Part shown: positions 48,586-61,949 of the stretch, piece after piece | How positions within the stretch are numbered: position 1 is the stretch's first letter | How the letters are laid out: each line of letters begins with the position of its first letter | Assembly: GCA_965112155.1 (NCBI GenBank) | Contig: OZ218103.1 | DNA length: 64,000 bases | Strand: one strand, 5' to 3' | DNA from: Podarcis liolepis | Taxonomy: Eukaryota | Translations under genes and position numbers: made by a program | The notes under the pieces: model-generated | The model's database searches: none | Told to the model about the DNA's origin: nothing | The model's input: only the letters and a program-made list of their open reading frames with translations

Positions 48586-51500
48586 CTGTGTGCAAAGAAT
48601 TTAATAGGAATAAAATCTGTGTAAGTAGTTCCAGAAAGCTGCCAAAGGAGATGGTCATTCTAAACAATGTTAGCAAAAGAATATCCATTGATAAGACTTT
48701 CACACATTCCTGATTATGCTTAAAATTGTGTTTCTGTGCCAGACTCAGATGCTTTGTTAAATTTGTATCCATTGCTAAACAAATGCGAGACATAAGGTAA
48801 AACCCAGCCAAACCCTCAATTTCTTGACTGAAAACTGGGACAAGAAACAATGTAATAAAAGGAAGCCAGTCTCACTGAAATCAATGAAACTTGTATGCTT
48901 TGCTTTGACTAGATCATGTCAACATGCAACTACAACCCTACACATGCTTACTTTTTCTGTGGCGCTTGCCATCAAGTAATAAGGACTTGCTCCTGGGTAA
49001 CCATAGCTGCAAGGAAAGTTTCTGACACCAAGTATTTTCTCTGGCCATAGCCCAATAGTAATCTGCTTATACTGCCTACTCATGGAAGCAATGGTTACAC
49101 CACTTCCATCTACACAAAAACTGGTTTCTAAGGGGACACTAAACCAAAGAGATTCTAATGCTAGAGACCAGCATGTAGTGGTTAGTTGCTTTTGTTCTTG
49201 AGGACTACAAAACTAAGCAAATGAATGGCAATCTGGATAAAAAACTAACCCAGACTCAAGGATCACCAGGGGCAGGAGAAAGGTTCAACCCCCAGATCAA
49301 TAGTGCCCTTGGATGCTCTGACAATTACTCATTTGAGGAAAGTTCAAAGTGCTGCACTTGGTTGTTAACTGTACCAAATCTACTCCAGAGTGTCCTACAA
49401 CCCTCAGGAGAATATTCTGTGAGCACATGGGGAGGAAAGGATGTCCACTCACACAACGTTCAATTTCACAACTGCATGACTCTTTAAGATATCATCTATA
49501 TTTTCAAGAGACAATAAAGTGCTGTTTATTTAAACTGGCTGTTTCTACTTTTCTTACACTGAACAAAAACACTTATGAAAAACAGCTATTACAGCAGTGA
49601 GAACTTAGTAAGAGGAACAAAAAATGTAGTAAATATATTATATCCCTTATGACTATTATACCATTTTAACGCACACAGAGAATAATGTGGGAAGCAACAG
49701 AAAAGTAGATTAAAGTAAGTGAGCAGAATAAATACAAAACTCCTCTCCAATAACAGACGTATGTGATTTTCATGTTACACACACTTAATTTGTCACTGAG
49801 GTTTGGCATCTCTTTAGGTGGTTTGCAACAAAAAGTTCCAAGTTCCCTATTATTTCAATGAGTTTGCTCAGGAAATATTTAGATCTGGATCTAGAGATAT
49901 AATTTCTCAATTTTTGTATCCAAAGTAATTTGCTGTGGAGAACTTATTTTCAAGTCTTCAGCTTTTTTAAAGATGTCATATAGTGATTGAAATGGAAAAT
50001 GCATTTAACTTCAAATTCTAATTTGCTTTAGAGTAGCAGTGGACATTACCTCTTATAAGTAGGTAAAGGTTGGTTTAAGATTAGAAAAATGTAAGTCACC
50101 TTTAAGCAGAAACCAAATCTAGAAGATTTCAGCCTGAAGGTTGAGCATTCTGGAAAGATACAAATGATTTAAATGCAAGAATTTAGAATGGAAACTGGTG
50201 GAATCCAATTCATTTTAAAATAAGTATCAAGGACTTAATGTTCATAGATGAGTGGCTGATCTAGGAACAGTGAAGCAAGGACTCGAATACACAAAAAAAT
50301 GTTACTCTTCACAGTTGTTGTAAGAATGCTTTCAGATACTACTAAATACTATGAGACAGATCCAAAAGAAAAAACTGGAACCGACTTCCATATACAATTA
50401 GTTTACTTAAAGTGCTGCTCTCTTTACAAGATAAACAACCTTCTTTCCACAGTAGCCCACAAGTAATAAGGTGATCACTTGATCATTTTTTTCTTAGCTC
50501 ACACACAAACACACCTGTATACCCCATGCTCATAACACAATACTTTTGTACGTCGAAGCTTTATAGGGGAAACTAATGCAGAGGCAAGCGGTATTGCAGC
50601 ACAAAGACTTTACCGGCTGATGCAGCCAGGGAGTAACTGGATCTTTTGTTAATACAAGTGAATATTTTCTAATATATCTATAAACTATTAGTGTATAGAA
50701 GCATCAGATATTACTTAACAATACTTCTTTAAATTAACAGAGTCATATATTGAACGACTTATCTGCAAATTGGAGGAAATTATCAAGATTAAAGATTTAT
50801 GATTAGGATGCCTTCTCCTTCACTGAAATAACTACACATGGACATGTCTAGATGTGCAACGGGACCAGGAAAAGAAAGTTGAGTGTCATTTTTAGCCATG
50901 TTCTTTCTGTATCAATGGTTGATGGTTCAAGGATGTTTATGGCAGCTACATAAAGTATAAACAATGCCTGTTTTTTAGTGCTGACCCTTCTTCTTCAGGG
51001 CTGATCATATGGTCTGCTTTTTACTAATTACCTCTTACACAAACTTCATTTCAGCTTCAACAGTGTTTCACAGATGCTAGGAGTTGTGTATTAACATCTA
51101 CTGCTGCTATTTAAGACCCCCGGATATTATCAGCCTTGCCATATTTAAGGCCCAGTTGAGTTGCTCCTGTCATTGCTTCTTAGGCTACAAGGCAAGCTTT
51201 TGCTGTGCTAGGCAGAGAATTTATCCCCTCCGGATATTCACCTTTATTCTTCTTTATTCACCTTAAAACTTATTTCCTTAGTACTACCCTACACCTAAAA
51301 ATCTGTGTAACCTTCAGGTGCTTCTAAAACATTTGTCCAATATTCATTGGTGGTTCCCCCTTTTCTACACTGTTGCTTAGTTCTGGCTATGGACACATAG
51401 TAGTACCCAACTGTCTAAAAAAATGGCTGCCTTCTGACATGTTAAGCCAAGCTTATCTTAGTAAAGCCATACTGTGCTTTCGGCCCAATCACTCCTGCTT

Positions 51501-51934
51501 TTCTCCTCTTTTGGCACAGTAAACAATGAGGATAGCTTAGCTTTATGTGTGAACGCAGGACCATGGTTTGTTGGACTGTAACAAGCCACAATCAATAAGT
51601 CAACAACAAACCATGTTTTAAGAGTAGACAGTGACCAGGGCTTATTATGAAGCAACAGACCATAATTTCATATTTGGATGTAACACCAATATATCACCTT
51701 CCTGGTCTGCGTATCAACTCACGCCAGGAGCAGAACAGAAGCTTTTTCACAGCAGAACTGGGTTCCATGCACCAGCATGAAGCTTTTGTACAGTAGTTAT
51801 TAAATCAAGCTTCTTGACTTACTATTATGTGCAAACACACCAAATTTAACACTTCTAAAGAGCAGAAAACTGGAAGAAAGGGGAAAGTTACAAAAACAAG
51901 CCAGGCTCAAGCAAACCTGCTAAGGAAGAATAAC

Positions 51935-51995
51935 AAGAATCCCTTTAACTAAAACTGATAGAATAGTTAAAGAATCCCTTTAACTAAAACTGATA
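51935..51995. repeat. 26-bp direct duplication with a 9-bp spacer
   Basis: AAGAATCCCTTTAACTAAAACTGATA at 51935-51960 and 51970-51995. Confidence 0.9.
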
Positions 51996-52185
51996 AATCA
52001 GTCTTAGGTCTTTGAGCTGGCATGTCTCTGCAAGGCAAATACATCATGCTTTATGATAATGTGTTGCTGCAGTAGTCAATGTGCTCCATCCTAGGCAGCA
52101 AGTCTTTGCCAATTTTCAATTCCTTTACTAGCATTGCAAAGTTCTAAAGTGAAGACTATTGAGGTAGAAACTAAATCAATCTCAC

Positions 52186-52350
52186 CATTCGTTTTTGATT
52201 TGTGTTTACGATGCCCAGAATCAGCACCCTGCAGTTGCGTACTCGAATGTGCACAAGGCCGATTTGCTGAATTGTATCTCGTTGCAATGGCAGATCTCGT
52301 AGGGGAAAGCGATTGGGGAAAGTCAACATTTTCTTCACTCCCTGAATGCT
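52186..52350 (-). CDS. PHF20: PHF20 exon ~12: EHSGSEENVDFPQSLSPTR...SGHRKHKSKTN
   Basis: ttacag| ... |gtgaga, 165 nt; ORF 52091..52360. Confidence 0.92.
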
Positions 52351-52960
52351 CTGTAAACATTAGGAAGTGTTAACACTTTAAAAAATGAATATACCCAAGA
52401 TTCCATGGTTAAAGAATTAACAGTACTATGTTTGCACTGGTTCTACACCTCTAACAAACAAGAAGTTAGTGTAGACAGTGTCCATACTTGTAGGCTCCTC
52501 TGCCTACAAGTTTAGACCCCCCATCCAAATTATTTGCCCATCACCAACAACCACTCCAGAATGCTAAGATACTCTGCCCTCCATTCAGTAGGAGGCAGGC
52601 TCTCTTCTTAGAACAGGGGTGGGAAACCTGTGTTCTCCATATATTGTAGGACTAAATCTCTCAGTAACCAGATTACTGGCCATGCTGGCTGGAGCTAATG
52701 GGAGTTGGAGTCCAACAACATTGTCACAGAATACAAGCTTAATCAGAGGCTGGACTAATCTGCCTCGTCCTCTGCTAGATGCCATCATCACCTGTCTCTG
52801 AAGCAAACAGTGAGACTTCTCTGTTAAAAAGACAATTGCATATATACTTGTTTACATTGATGTCCAGTGTAACATTGTCTTAGTAGTGTTTTCTGCTAAG
52901 AAAATGGCGTTGATCAAGAAAGGAAAGACAATTAAATGAAGCCATATCCCCCATTAATAC

Positions 52961-53059
52961 CTGATTTTGTTTTCTTTTTCTTCTTTTTCTTCTTCTTTGA
53001 TTTTGATCTTACAATGTCTCTGGGTTTTTTCTCTTTGTTCTTCTCCTTTTCTTTATTAG
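52961..53059 (-). CDS. PHF20: PHF20 exon ~11 (poly-Lys, NLS-like): SNKEKEKNKEKKPRDIVRSKSKKKKKKKKKTKS
   Basis: cttaag| ... |gtatta, 99 nt. Confidence 0.92.
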
Positions 53060-53611
53060 CTTAAGAGAATTTTAAAAATCTATATTATTTCTTACAGGAT
53101 AAAACAGTAAGCTTTTACTCAGGTATACTCAGAGCTTTTTTTCCTAGAAAATGTTTAGGGGTGCTCTCATTTTCCTACACATATTGAAATACTGCCCCTC
53201 AATGAGGCCAAACTTAGATTCACAAAATGTTTAAGGGTATGTGAACCCATGCATCCCCCCAGAAACAAAACTACTGGGTGCATTTATGCATGATTAGGGT
53301 GTTTCTAGATCAGTAGTCATGTAAAATTTCATTTTAGTCATCTGTGTGTGTTCCAGTACCAATCTCTACTCATTTGCTATAAATATGTGTTTCCTCCTCC
53401 TCAAATTGCTGGCTCATTATATTGTGCCCCTAAAGGTTATACTTAATTTGCACAACTCCATGTTGTAAATTAAGTGATTAATAGAAAAATAACAAGCTGA
53501 ATTTTAATGATTAAATGTAACTCAAGTGATTGGGGCTCATAAATGTAACTAGAGTGTTAAAGGCCAATTCAAAATAGTTAAGAGAAAGAATACTTTTGGC
53601 AAAACACTCAC

Positions 53612-53887
53612 ATAAGCAACCAGATGTCGTCCGTCGTCTATTAGAACATTCCTGACTGGCCTTTTCAGAAGCTACAGAGCCTCTTGTCTGAATGCTTCTT
53701 GTTGCTGGACTCTGTTGTGGTTCTGGTGACTTCTCAATACCATGAAAATACTTCATATGATAATGCAGCAGTTTGGCTTTCCGAAAGGATTTGGAACAAT
53801 CCAAGAATTTGCATCTAAACTTGGGTTCATGTTCTATTGCAGCTTTTGAAGCAGTAAAAACATCAGCTCTCTTTGAAGCAGTGGTTA
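53612..53887 (-). CDS. PHF20: PHF20 exon ~10 (C2H2 zinc finger FRCKFLDCSKSFRKAKLLHYHMKYFH)
   Basis: ttacag| ... |gtgagt, 276 nt; ORF 53511..53921. Confidence 0.96.
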
Positions 53888-54066
53888 CTGTAAGAACACA
53901 AGATGTAAACTTAAGAAACACATGACTTTTAACTGTAACATACTAGCCTTGAGTAGACATGTAAAGCCTTTTGCACAGTGGGTAATCAGGACTACACTGC
54001 CCAAAGCTCTTCAAACTAACTTTTAAAGAAGCCTAGCCTGAAAAATATAATTAGTAAAAACTTAAC

Positions 54067-54249
54067 CTGTAACAGATGCCCCTGAAATCTCCTGCAATTC
54101 AGGTGTAGAGGAAGGCTCTGCTGTATTTTCTTCCTTTAATCTGGTGTCATCTACTGAAATCTGAGGTACTGAAGTCTGAGATACTTCGGAAGATGGAGGC
54201 AACTCTTCCTTAATCTTTTGGTCAGACTCAACACATGCTTCTAATGGAC
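54067..54249 (-). CDS. PHF20: PHF20 exon ~9: GPLEACVESDQKIKEELPPS...PELQEISGASVT
   Basis: cttttag| ... |gttaag, 183 nt, open frame, ELQEIS motif. Confidence 0.88.
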
Positions 54250-54515
54250 CTAAAAGTCAAAAGAGTGGGTAAGCGAAGAATAGAACACACAGATACAAAA
54301 CACTTAGGTTAACATAAAGTCTTTAACAGCCAAATCTACATTTTAAGTTAAAACCCTAAGAGAACTCAAGCAAGAAATAAACTAGAATGAGGGCCAACAC
54401 TACATATGACATTCAATGCAACTTTACAACTAATGTGCAGATTTTTTTGGGGGGAAATAAGTTCAAGGGGTGGCTTATAATTAAAGACAGGCACTTATAA
54501 AATCAACTTGTTTAC

Positions 54516-54689
54516 CTTCTACAACTTCTTTTGGGATAGATTCTGGCTCTTTTAAAGATCCAACTTCATCCAGTAGTGGTGCAATGAAGTCAGTATCTAA
54601 AGTTTCATGACTGCTACTGGTAGGATGTCTTGATCGTCTCTTTATAGAATCCTTTTCATTGTCCAGAGCATTTTTCAACTTTTCTTGCG
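54516..54689 (-). CDS. PHF20: PHF20 exon ~8: SQEKLKNALDNEKDSIKRRSRH...PKEVVE
   Basis: tttttag| ... |gtaaac, 174 nt; ORF 54481..54711. Confidence 0.92.
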
Positions 54690-57120
54690 CTAAAAATAAT
54701 TTTAAGACCAATCAAATTTTAACATATTTTATCATAATATTTACATGTTTAATTCAAATGCAACCTATTACACCACCAAAGGTATTTCACCAAACAGTTA
54801 CATACATTCATATACACATAAAATTATACACAATGTATTGACCTTGTGGCAATTATCATTCATCTTTAAGACCACACCCATTCTTCTTCATGTAACACAA
54901 TTCCTCTTCCCTTCTGGCTTCCCCAGAAGCATGGATGTAGGTTCTCAGCCTCCAAACCTATTGACTAGCAATAGCTTATTATTATAAATGGGCACTTTAA
55001 AAAAGGTATTATATCCACTGCCAATGGTTAGTGAAAGGCATGTTGTTCTTAGGGTCAAACACAGTCCAGTGAGAAGCAGTCTTCTTGATGGTGCTGGGGG
55101 TTGTTACAGATAAGACAGCTGTGGCTGTGGACACAACAGGGTTTCCACTTTGTTTTCTCCTCTCCTCACCCCCTTTGCCCCACAAGCTACTTCAGAGGGT
55201 TCCCTAAGCCGTCAGAGCAGAATTGAGGAGTGGGAGAGAGAGGAAGGGGAAGGGGAAGTCCCATTTGTGTGAGTGGAAGTCTGCTGCACAATTGAGAAGA
55301 CACCATTAGATATGTCCCATGTAGAATTTTTTTTAAAAGAAATTAAATAAATACTCAGGCAAATAGTGAACTACTCTTACTTTATATTTTATCCATAAAT
55401 CTGCAAACTTTCCCCCTGACCCCTTTTGTCACCGTCACTGGCTTCTTCTGTTAGTAGGTGTTCCTAACAAGTATCTACACTATTAATCAATAAAGGTCAT
55501 TAAAACGAACATGAGGGAAGTGACCAGCAGCTCTAAGCTACATGCCAAACTCAATATAGAAAGAGAAATGCCCAGTCCTTTCCCTTCATTATTGTTAAAT
55601 TCTTTATTAAAGCATTTATCTCACTGTTCTAGTGTGAATACACACCACTTAGGGCAGGTTATAAGATATAAAATTACGATTTCATAAAAATAATGTAAAA
55701 ATTGTAACAGGAAGTGGGTTAGCTGTTTAAAGATTGTAAGATCGTCTGTTGTGTGGAATAAAACTGACTCAATAGACCAAATATGAACAAGTCTGAATAT
55801 CAGACTGCAATTCTTAGAGAATCAAATTCACTCACAGAACTTACAGGCTAGCGCACTAGTCAGCTGAGAATATCCAGTCAGGAGAGCTGAATGCTGATGT
55901 ACAATGATCAGCTTCTCCAGCTGACCCAAGTGCCATAAGTCTGACCTCTCATGACGTCTAAATAGTTAGACAGTGATTCTCACCAAAAAAAAATTAAGGC
56001 TAGTACTTCAGAATTTTATTTTATATATTTACACACAGTTTTTTGATCTAGCATTTCTAAGGTAGATCTGCAATAGATAATCCAATCCAATACAAGGTGA
56101 TGGTGTGACATGTAATCAGTTTTGAGAAAATGTGATATTCAAGGCTCCCCCTCAGCTGTGTGTTGCACTTGACGCTACGGGCCTTAGAGGCCAATAGCAA
56201 ACCCAAGCAAACTGCACCCCTTCGGGAAGATGTGACTGTCACTCAGGAGTGGAACCTTTCCTCATGCAGAGCAGACAGAAGGCTGGCTTCTGGCTCATAA
56301 TTTGATGACGGGGCAGCTGAGATGCTGGGGGGGGAGCATGATATTAAAAGCCTCTCACCAGCTCTCTGGTGTCCCTGATGCTGCTGTGTTAGAGGTCTGC
56401 CCTCAAGTATCAATCCTGCCCTGTGCCATTTCCATAAGCTGTATGTTACTGAAACAAAAGTTTCAGGAGAGGAAAAACAAACAAAACAAAAATGTTAAAG
56501 ATTACACAATGCCTGTCAAGCCAAATTATGCAGGAAACATGAGATTATCAGGGTTGCCACGTTCCTTACAAAGCGTTATTTTTCAGAATCTCTTGAAAGG
56601 GGCTCTGCAGGTTTGTGGGGGGAAAGGGACCCAAAATCATTGTGATAGCTGGTGGGTCAAACCTGACCCATGAGGGATGGCCAAGATAACAATGTGGGCC
56701 ATTGGCCAGTTCCTGTTCCCCTTGTTCTAGGGAACTGGCACAGAAAAGGCATTACTTCGCCTTTCGTGGCAAGAGAGGATAGATTTGCACATCTGAAGTA
56801 TTTTTGTCCTTTGGTTCCCCAATAAAACCAGAAAAGGAATCTACCACTGCTAGTAGAAATACACAAAGAAGCCTCCATGTGCCTAAATTCAAAATGTAAT
56901 GGGAGATAGTCAACTAAGCTTTACTTAAGAGTAGACCCACTGAAATTAGTGAACATGGCTAAGTTAGGTCCATTAATTTCAGTGTGTATATTCTGGGTAA
57001 AACTTAGTTGAATGCCACCCAGTTTTGCTAAAATTTGCACGCTCTGTCTCTTTAAGAATATTTCCTATTCCAGTTAAATGCAAAAAAAAGCTTATTTAAG
57101 TAAATGAAATAAATACTCAC

Positions 57121-57228
57121 ACATGTTCTTCTGGAGTCGGGGACGTTTTGAAGGGATCTCTCCTCCTTTAGGTATTTTCCGCCTTCTCAGTTCTAAAGTT
57201 ATTGGCTGCAATGTTTGAGAGCCTTGCT
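57121..57228 (-). CDS. PHF20: PHF20 exon ~7: EQGSQTLQPITLELRRRKIPKGGEIPSKRPRLQKNM
   Basis: atttag| ... |gtgagt, 108 nt. Confidence 0.92.
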
Positions 57229-57816
57229 CTAAATATGTAAATAGAGCAAGGAAAAGGTTTCTAAACATACCAAGAGAAGAGGTAACCAGATTTTTTCTTT
57301 CTTTTTTAAAGAGAAATGACATTTTCCTACTGTTTTATAAAACTTTTATGGAGTTTAGGATTTGAATTCTCTAGTTTCACCTTCCTTTTTTGGGGGGAGG
57401 GAAGTATTCCATAACATGTAGTGGTACCAACTGAGATAATAGCCATATATCATTAACATCACAAGTTCCTTAGGAACTGGATGACAGATCTTGCACCCCA
57501 ATCACTGTTGTAACTCTTGGCTTTAACAAGTGTAGAAAACTTACACTAAGTTTGTGAGTGTTGATGGTCAGTTCAAATTAAAGTAGCATAATAACTAGTT
57601 AAATCTGTTGTATCACCTAAATTGGTATATCTACACAAGGAGAAGAAAGAGATAGATCGTGTGACCCTCCAGATGATGCTAAACTACAGCTCCTGTCACC
57701 CCCGGCAACTGGCCATGCTTGTGCGCTGCTGAGAATTGACGTTCAACATCTGGAGGGCCACAGATTCTCCACCCATCGTATATGAATGAGATACAGCCTT
57801 GACTGTTACCACTGAC

Positions 57817-58201
57817 CTGCAGGAGGCACCACAGGTGGTCGACCACGTCGTCTTTTAGTTTCTTTGAGGTTTTCTGGTGGGCTATTCACATTATCATTTT
57901 CAGGTTTCTTTTCAATCTGGGTATCTATTGAGAATTCTCTGTCATTTTCAGATATGTTCTCTTTGTCTTCTTTGCCATCCTTTGGAAGGGCCTTTTCAGA
58001 CACCTTGCTCTTTTCTGAAGGAACTATTAGTTTCCCTTCTTTATCAGGTTTAGACCTTCGTTCAGTCTTTAACGTCTTTTCATCCTTGTCTTTCTTACTA
58101 TTCTCAGTTGCTTTCCTCGGTTCTTTAAACTTTTCCCATCTTTCAGGAGATGAAGGGATTTCATTACCTCTCTCCTTGGGTCTTGAATTACTCACAATAG
58201 A
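57817..58201 (-). CDS. PHF20: PHF20 exon ~6 (ends in AT-hook KRRRGRPP)
   Basis: ttttag| ... |gtcagt, 385 nt; ORF 57806..58195. Confidence 0.95.
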
Positions 58202-59642
58202 CTAAAAGCAAGTTTAAAAATTGTGATTGCTTTCCATTGTAAATGAAACTTACTTACAGAACTGGGAAGGGGGAGGCACTGAAATAAGCCAATTATTAAG
58301 ATACACAATATACTATTAAAAGAATCCTGTGACTGTACAGCTTTAATACTATTGTCTGGTTCCTTTTCCCTAATATGATTGCATGCACATATAAAAAGAG
58401 TTAAAAGCTATAGAGCAGTACATAAGGAAACAAGTACCATATGACAACACTCAGTGCTCATGGGAGATTACATGGAGGACAACTGGTTAGAGTATCTGGA
58501 ATTTCTACATTAAGATTTATAATCTGTGTTTTAATCAAATTAGCAGGGTGGCATACAATTAAATTTTAACACACAATAACACAAATACATAAAAATAAAC
58601 TTAGATTTATAAAAGCAGAAATAAGTAATAGATAAGACAGAATAAAGCTGATAATCAAAAGCTTAAAAGCTTGGGGAAATGAAATAGTCTTTGCCTCATG
58701 CTGAAAAAATACCCAAGTAGGTACCAGTTGAGACTTCATTGCAGAGTGTGTTCTAAAATGTCAGAGCAGAACTGAAAAGGTCCTTTGCCTGGTAAACATA
58801 CACCAGATCTTGGTTCTGAATGGGAACCCAGAGAAGGACGTCTCAGAGCAACTTACAGTTTTTTAACACCCCCCCCCCCGCCACAAGTTGGCTCTGTGAG
58901 GGTTGGGAAGACCCCTGGAAAACTGTGTGGAAGGAGGAGAGGGCAGATCACTCCTTCAGGCAAGGAGATCTACTTAGTGAGTGATCTACTTAGCGCTATG
59001 TTGAATACGTCCTATGATATGTAAGGAATGCCCACAAACAAGACCTAAGTATAACAGCATTCACCTCACTTGTGGATTTCCAGCAACTGGTATTCAGAAG
59101 AATATGGCCTCCAACGGTAGATATAGAATATATGGCTCACAGCCACTGATAGCCTCCATTAATTTTTCTAGTCCTCTCACAATAACTGCCTCGTTCCCTT
59201 ACAAGGACATTGTATCAGGGGGGAAATATGGCAGTTCTCATAGGTCATGAAGGCAGTCACATTTATCCTTACAATTCCCCAGGCAGGAACCGCATGTCTT
59301 AAGATAGTTGCTTCCTGGGAACATTTAAAAAGACTATGAGGAAGGACACTGTAGGGAAAAGCTGCCCTTGGACAATCTTGTAAATACAGTGCAAACATAT
59401 GCACAGATTCATGAAACAATCATGCTGTTTAATCTGAGATCCATGTTCTGATCTGTGCATGGGTCCTCGGTGGGCAAAATGTGTAGATTTTATCCAAGAT
59501 GTTGTGTGAACCAGAATCCACTTCATCCCTACATCTTAGACTGTATGTCCTCTAATAAAACACATGAACTAACAACCCTGTAATTTATGTTCTGCCCCCA
59601 AATCAGTTTAACCAAATCAAAATATAAAAGTAAGTTTCATAC

Positions 59643-59722
59643 CTGATCTTTGGAAAAAGCTTTGACGTGTATATTCTTGACTGTCTGAATTACGCCATCA
59701 TAAAATTTTACAGTGTAAGTAC
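59643..59722 (-). CDS. PHF20: PHF20 exon ~5: GTYTVKFYDGVIQTVKNIHVKAFSKDQ
   Basis: tttcag| ... |gtatga, 80 nt. Confidence 0.96.
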
Positions 59723-60563
59723 CTGAAATTTAAAAGAAACCCCACTTATAAACTGAAGCAGCAACTCTACAGTGTGCTAATTACTCAAAGCATAAAGACA
59801 AAAGTGATTCACACGTAAGAGTAGTCTTCCCCAACCTGGTGTCCTTCAGATGTTTTGAATTACAACTCAACCAACCTCAGACATCATGGGCAATAGGCAA
59901 GAGTGGGGTAAAAGCAATCTTCAGAAGTTCCAGATCACAAGTTTCCATCACTGTGAAAAACTGGGTTTGATTGCAATAAATTCTATTTTTATCAAGGAAA
60001 ATGTTGAGATTTAAAATCTGCTTAATAGCTTTTATTTCCATCAAGTGGAAATAAATACGAAAAGCTATTGCATTGCCGTGAAACTTAGCGTTTTCTATAA
60101 ACAGAAAGGCTCCTTCATTCTATGGACACCTTTGATGCAGTGGTGAGATCTTGTTGGTAAAAGGTGGTAGGGGCAATTTTAACCAAAAACCTCTTTTTCT
60201 TGAGAGTTCACCAAATCTCCAGAGCAGGTTTTGAGAGCATAAGGAGCTGCAGGGGGGAATCTGAGAAGTTGCCTCCACACCCTTCTTCCACCAGAAGAAA
60301 TGTCTGGATCCAAGCAATGGAACTTACACATGCCCATACTACTAGAAATTAATCCACAAAATTGTCTCACATTACTTTTTCACTCTCACATAATTAGTGT
60401 TCATACCAATTCAAATATTCATAACATTCATAAGCAGTGGTCATAAAAATTGGGAATAGCATGGAACATATACAGCAGCTACTCATTTTCAAGACGACTT
60501 CTGAAAGCAGTCATAAAGGATGTTTCTCTACAGTGTACTCTGAAATTAACAATTATGCCTTAC

Positions 60564-60648
60564 CATCCTTGTTAACAGAAGTAACTTTGGCTGGATAAAA
60601 ACGACAATCAGACCAGCAAGCCAACACTTGATCATTTATATGAAATCC
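60564..60648 (-). CDS. PHF20: PHF20 exon ~4 (Tudor 2): GFHINDQVLACWSDCRFYPAKVTSVNKD
   Basis: tttttag| ... |gtaagg, 85 nt. Confidence 0.96.
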
Positions 60649-61949
60649 CTAAAAAATGGAAACATAGAAACCAGTGTTCAGGATACACTGCTGCATCATA
60701 GCAATAATAAAATAATCTATGCAGTAAACAAAACATTCCTGCAGCAGACTTTCCTACCAATTATTTTACAAAAGATTTTAATAACTGTACTCAGCCTACG
60801 GGGCACAATAGCTCTGATATTCTAAAACATATTGTCAAGGCAGGGTGATCATCATAAGCAGCAAGATTATTGAATACTTGGATTCAGAAGTGTGTTATTT
60901 GTATAAAAAATGGAAAATTGCCAAGAAAAATGACAATAATAAGGATAAAATCCTATACCCACATACCTGGGAGTAAACTTCACTGAAGTCAAAGTGAATT
61001 ACTTCTGAGTAAACAACAGAGTAGAACCTCTGCAGGCCTAATTAAAGCCAACAGGCCACTTTGGCTAAACCACACCCACATGCCAATCACCTACATCATA
61101 CACAATGCCATATATGGGAAGGTAAAAAGGTGACCAGACAGGGCCAAAGGGGTCTTCTGAAATGTTGCCAATCACCTGATTGGCAGGAGTTCAAAGGTGC
61201 TTTGAAGCATGGCTTATCAGCTGATTGTTGGAACTCCAAGTGCTTCATCGCCTGATGTTACTGTGGCATCCACCTATCAAATTGGACCACACGGAGTTGG
61301 GGTAAGAAGGATCTGGCCCACCAGACTGCACTGTAAAGCAAACTTCACAGCAGGTGTGGAGAACTAATCAGGCAAATGGGCTGCATCTCTAACTCCTTCA
61401 TCCCCTGTGGGTCAACAGTAACAGGTGGGTGGGACAGTAGAGAAGATATGTCCATTTGCACATGCGAATAGATTTCAAAAGGGATCACAACAAGAAGCGT
61501 CTGAGATGCACTCTGAAAGTTCTCAGTGGAGGTCTCACTGTTGAGGTGACACCTGAAAGCCCTGCTTATAAACAAACAGGCAATGACTTATACCTACTTA
61601 TACCCACAGGCTTTTCTGCCCCACACCTGATGTCACATTTGAAGTCAGGTGTGGGCACGGTTTGGAGGGGACGAAGCCTTGAGGGCTACATTGGCATCTG
61701 TGTTGGGCCCAAATAGGTCCATGGACTATGCCTTACAGTGACAAACAACATGTTTATAAACAGCAATGTTGCCCAAGGTTACCATATTTCATTTATCATT
61801 TTTTCTATCCCACCCCAGCTAAGAAGAAATAGTATGCAAGTTTTTTTTATTATACCAATAATATTTATAAAAAACACTTAAATCTGCATTCACAAGTTTG
61901 TAAAGAATTGGGTTGACGTCAAGCTTTAACTTAGGTTTCTTTTACTTAC

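Noticed and set aside
51935-51995. Repeat-spacer-repeat suggestive of CRISPR
   Set aside because: Only two units with a 9-bp spacer, in a eukaryotic intron, with no cas genes.
57864-58205. Hydrophobic plus-strand ORF rich in Ser, Phe and Leu
   Set aside because: It is the antisense shadow of the Lys/Glu-rich PHF20 exon.
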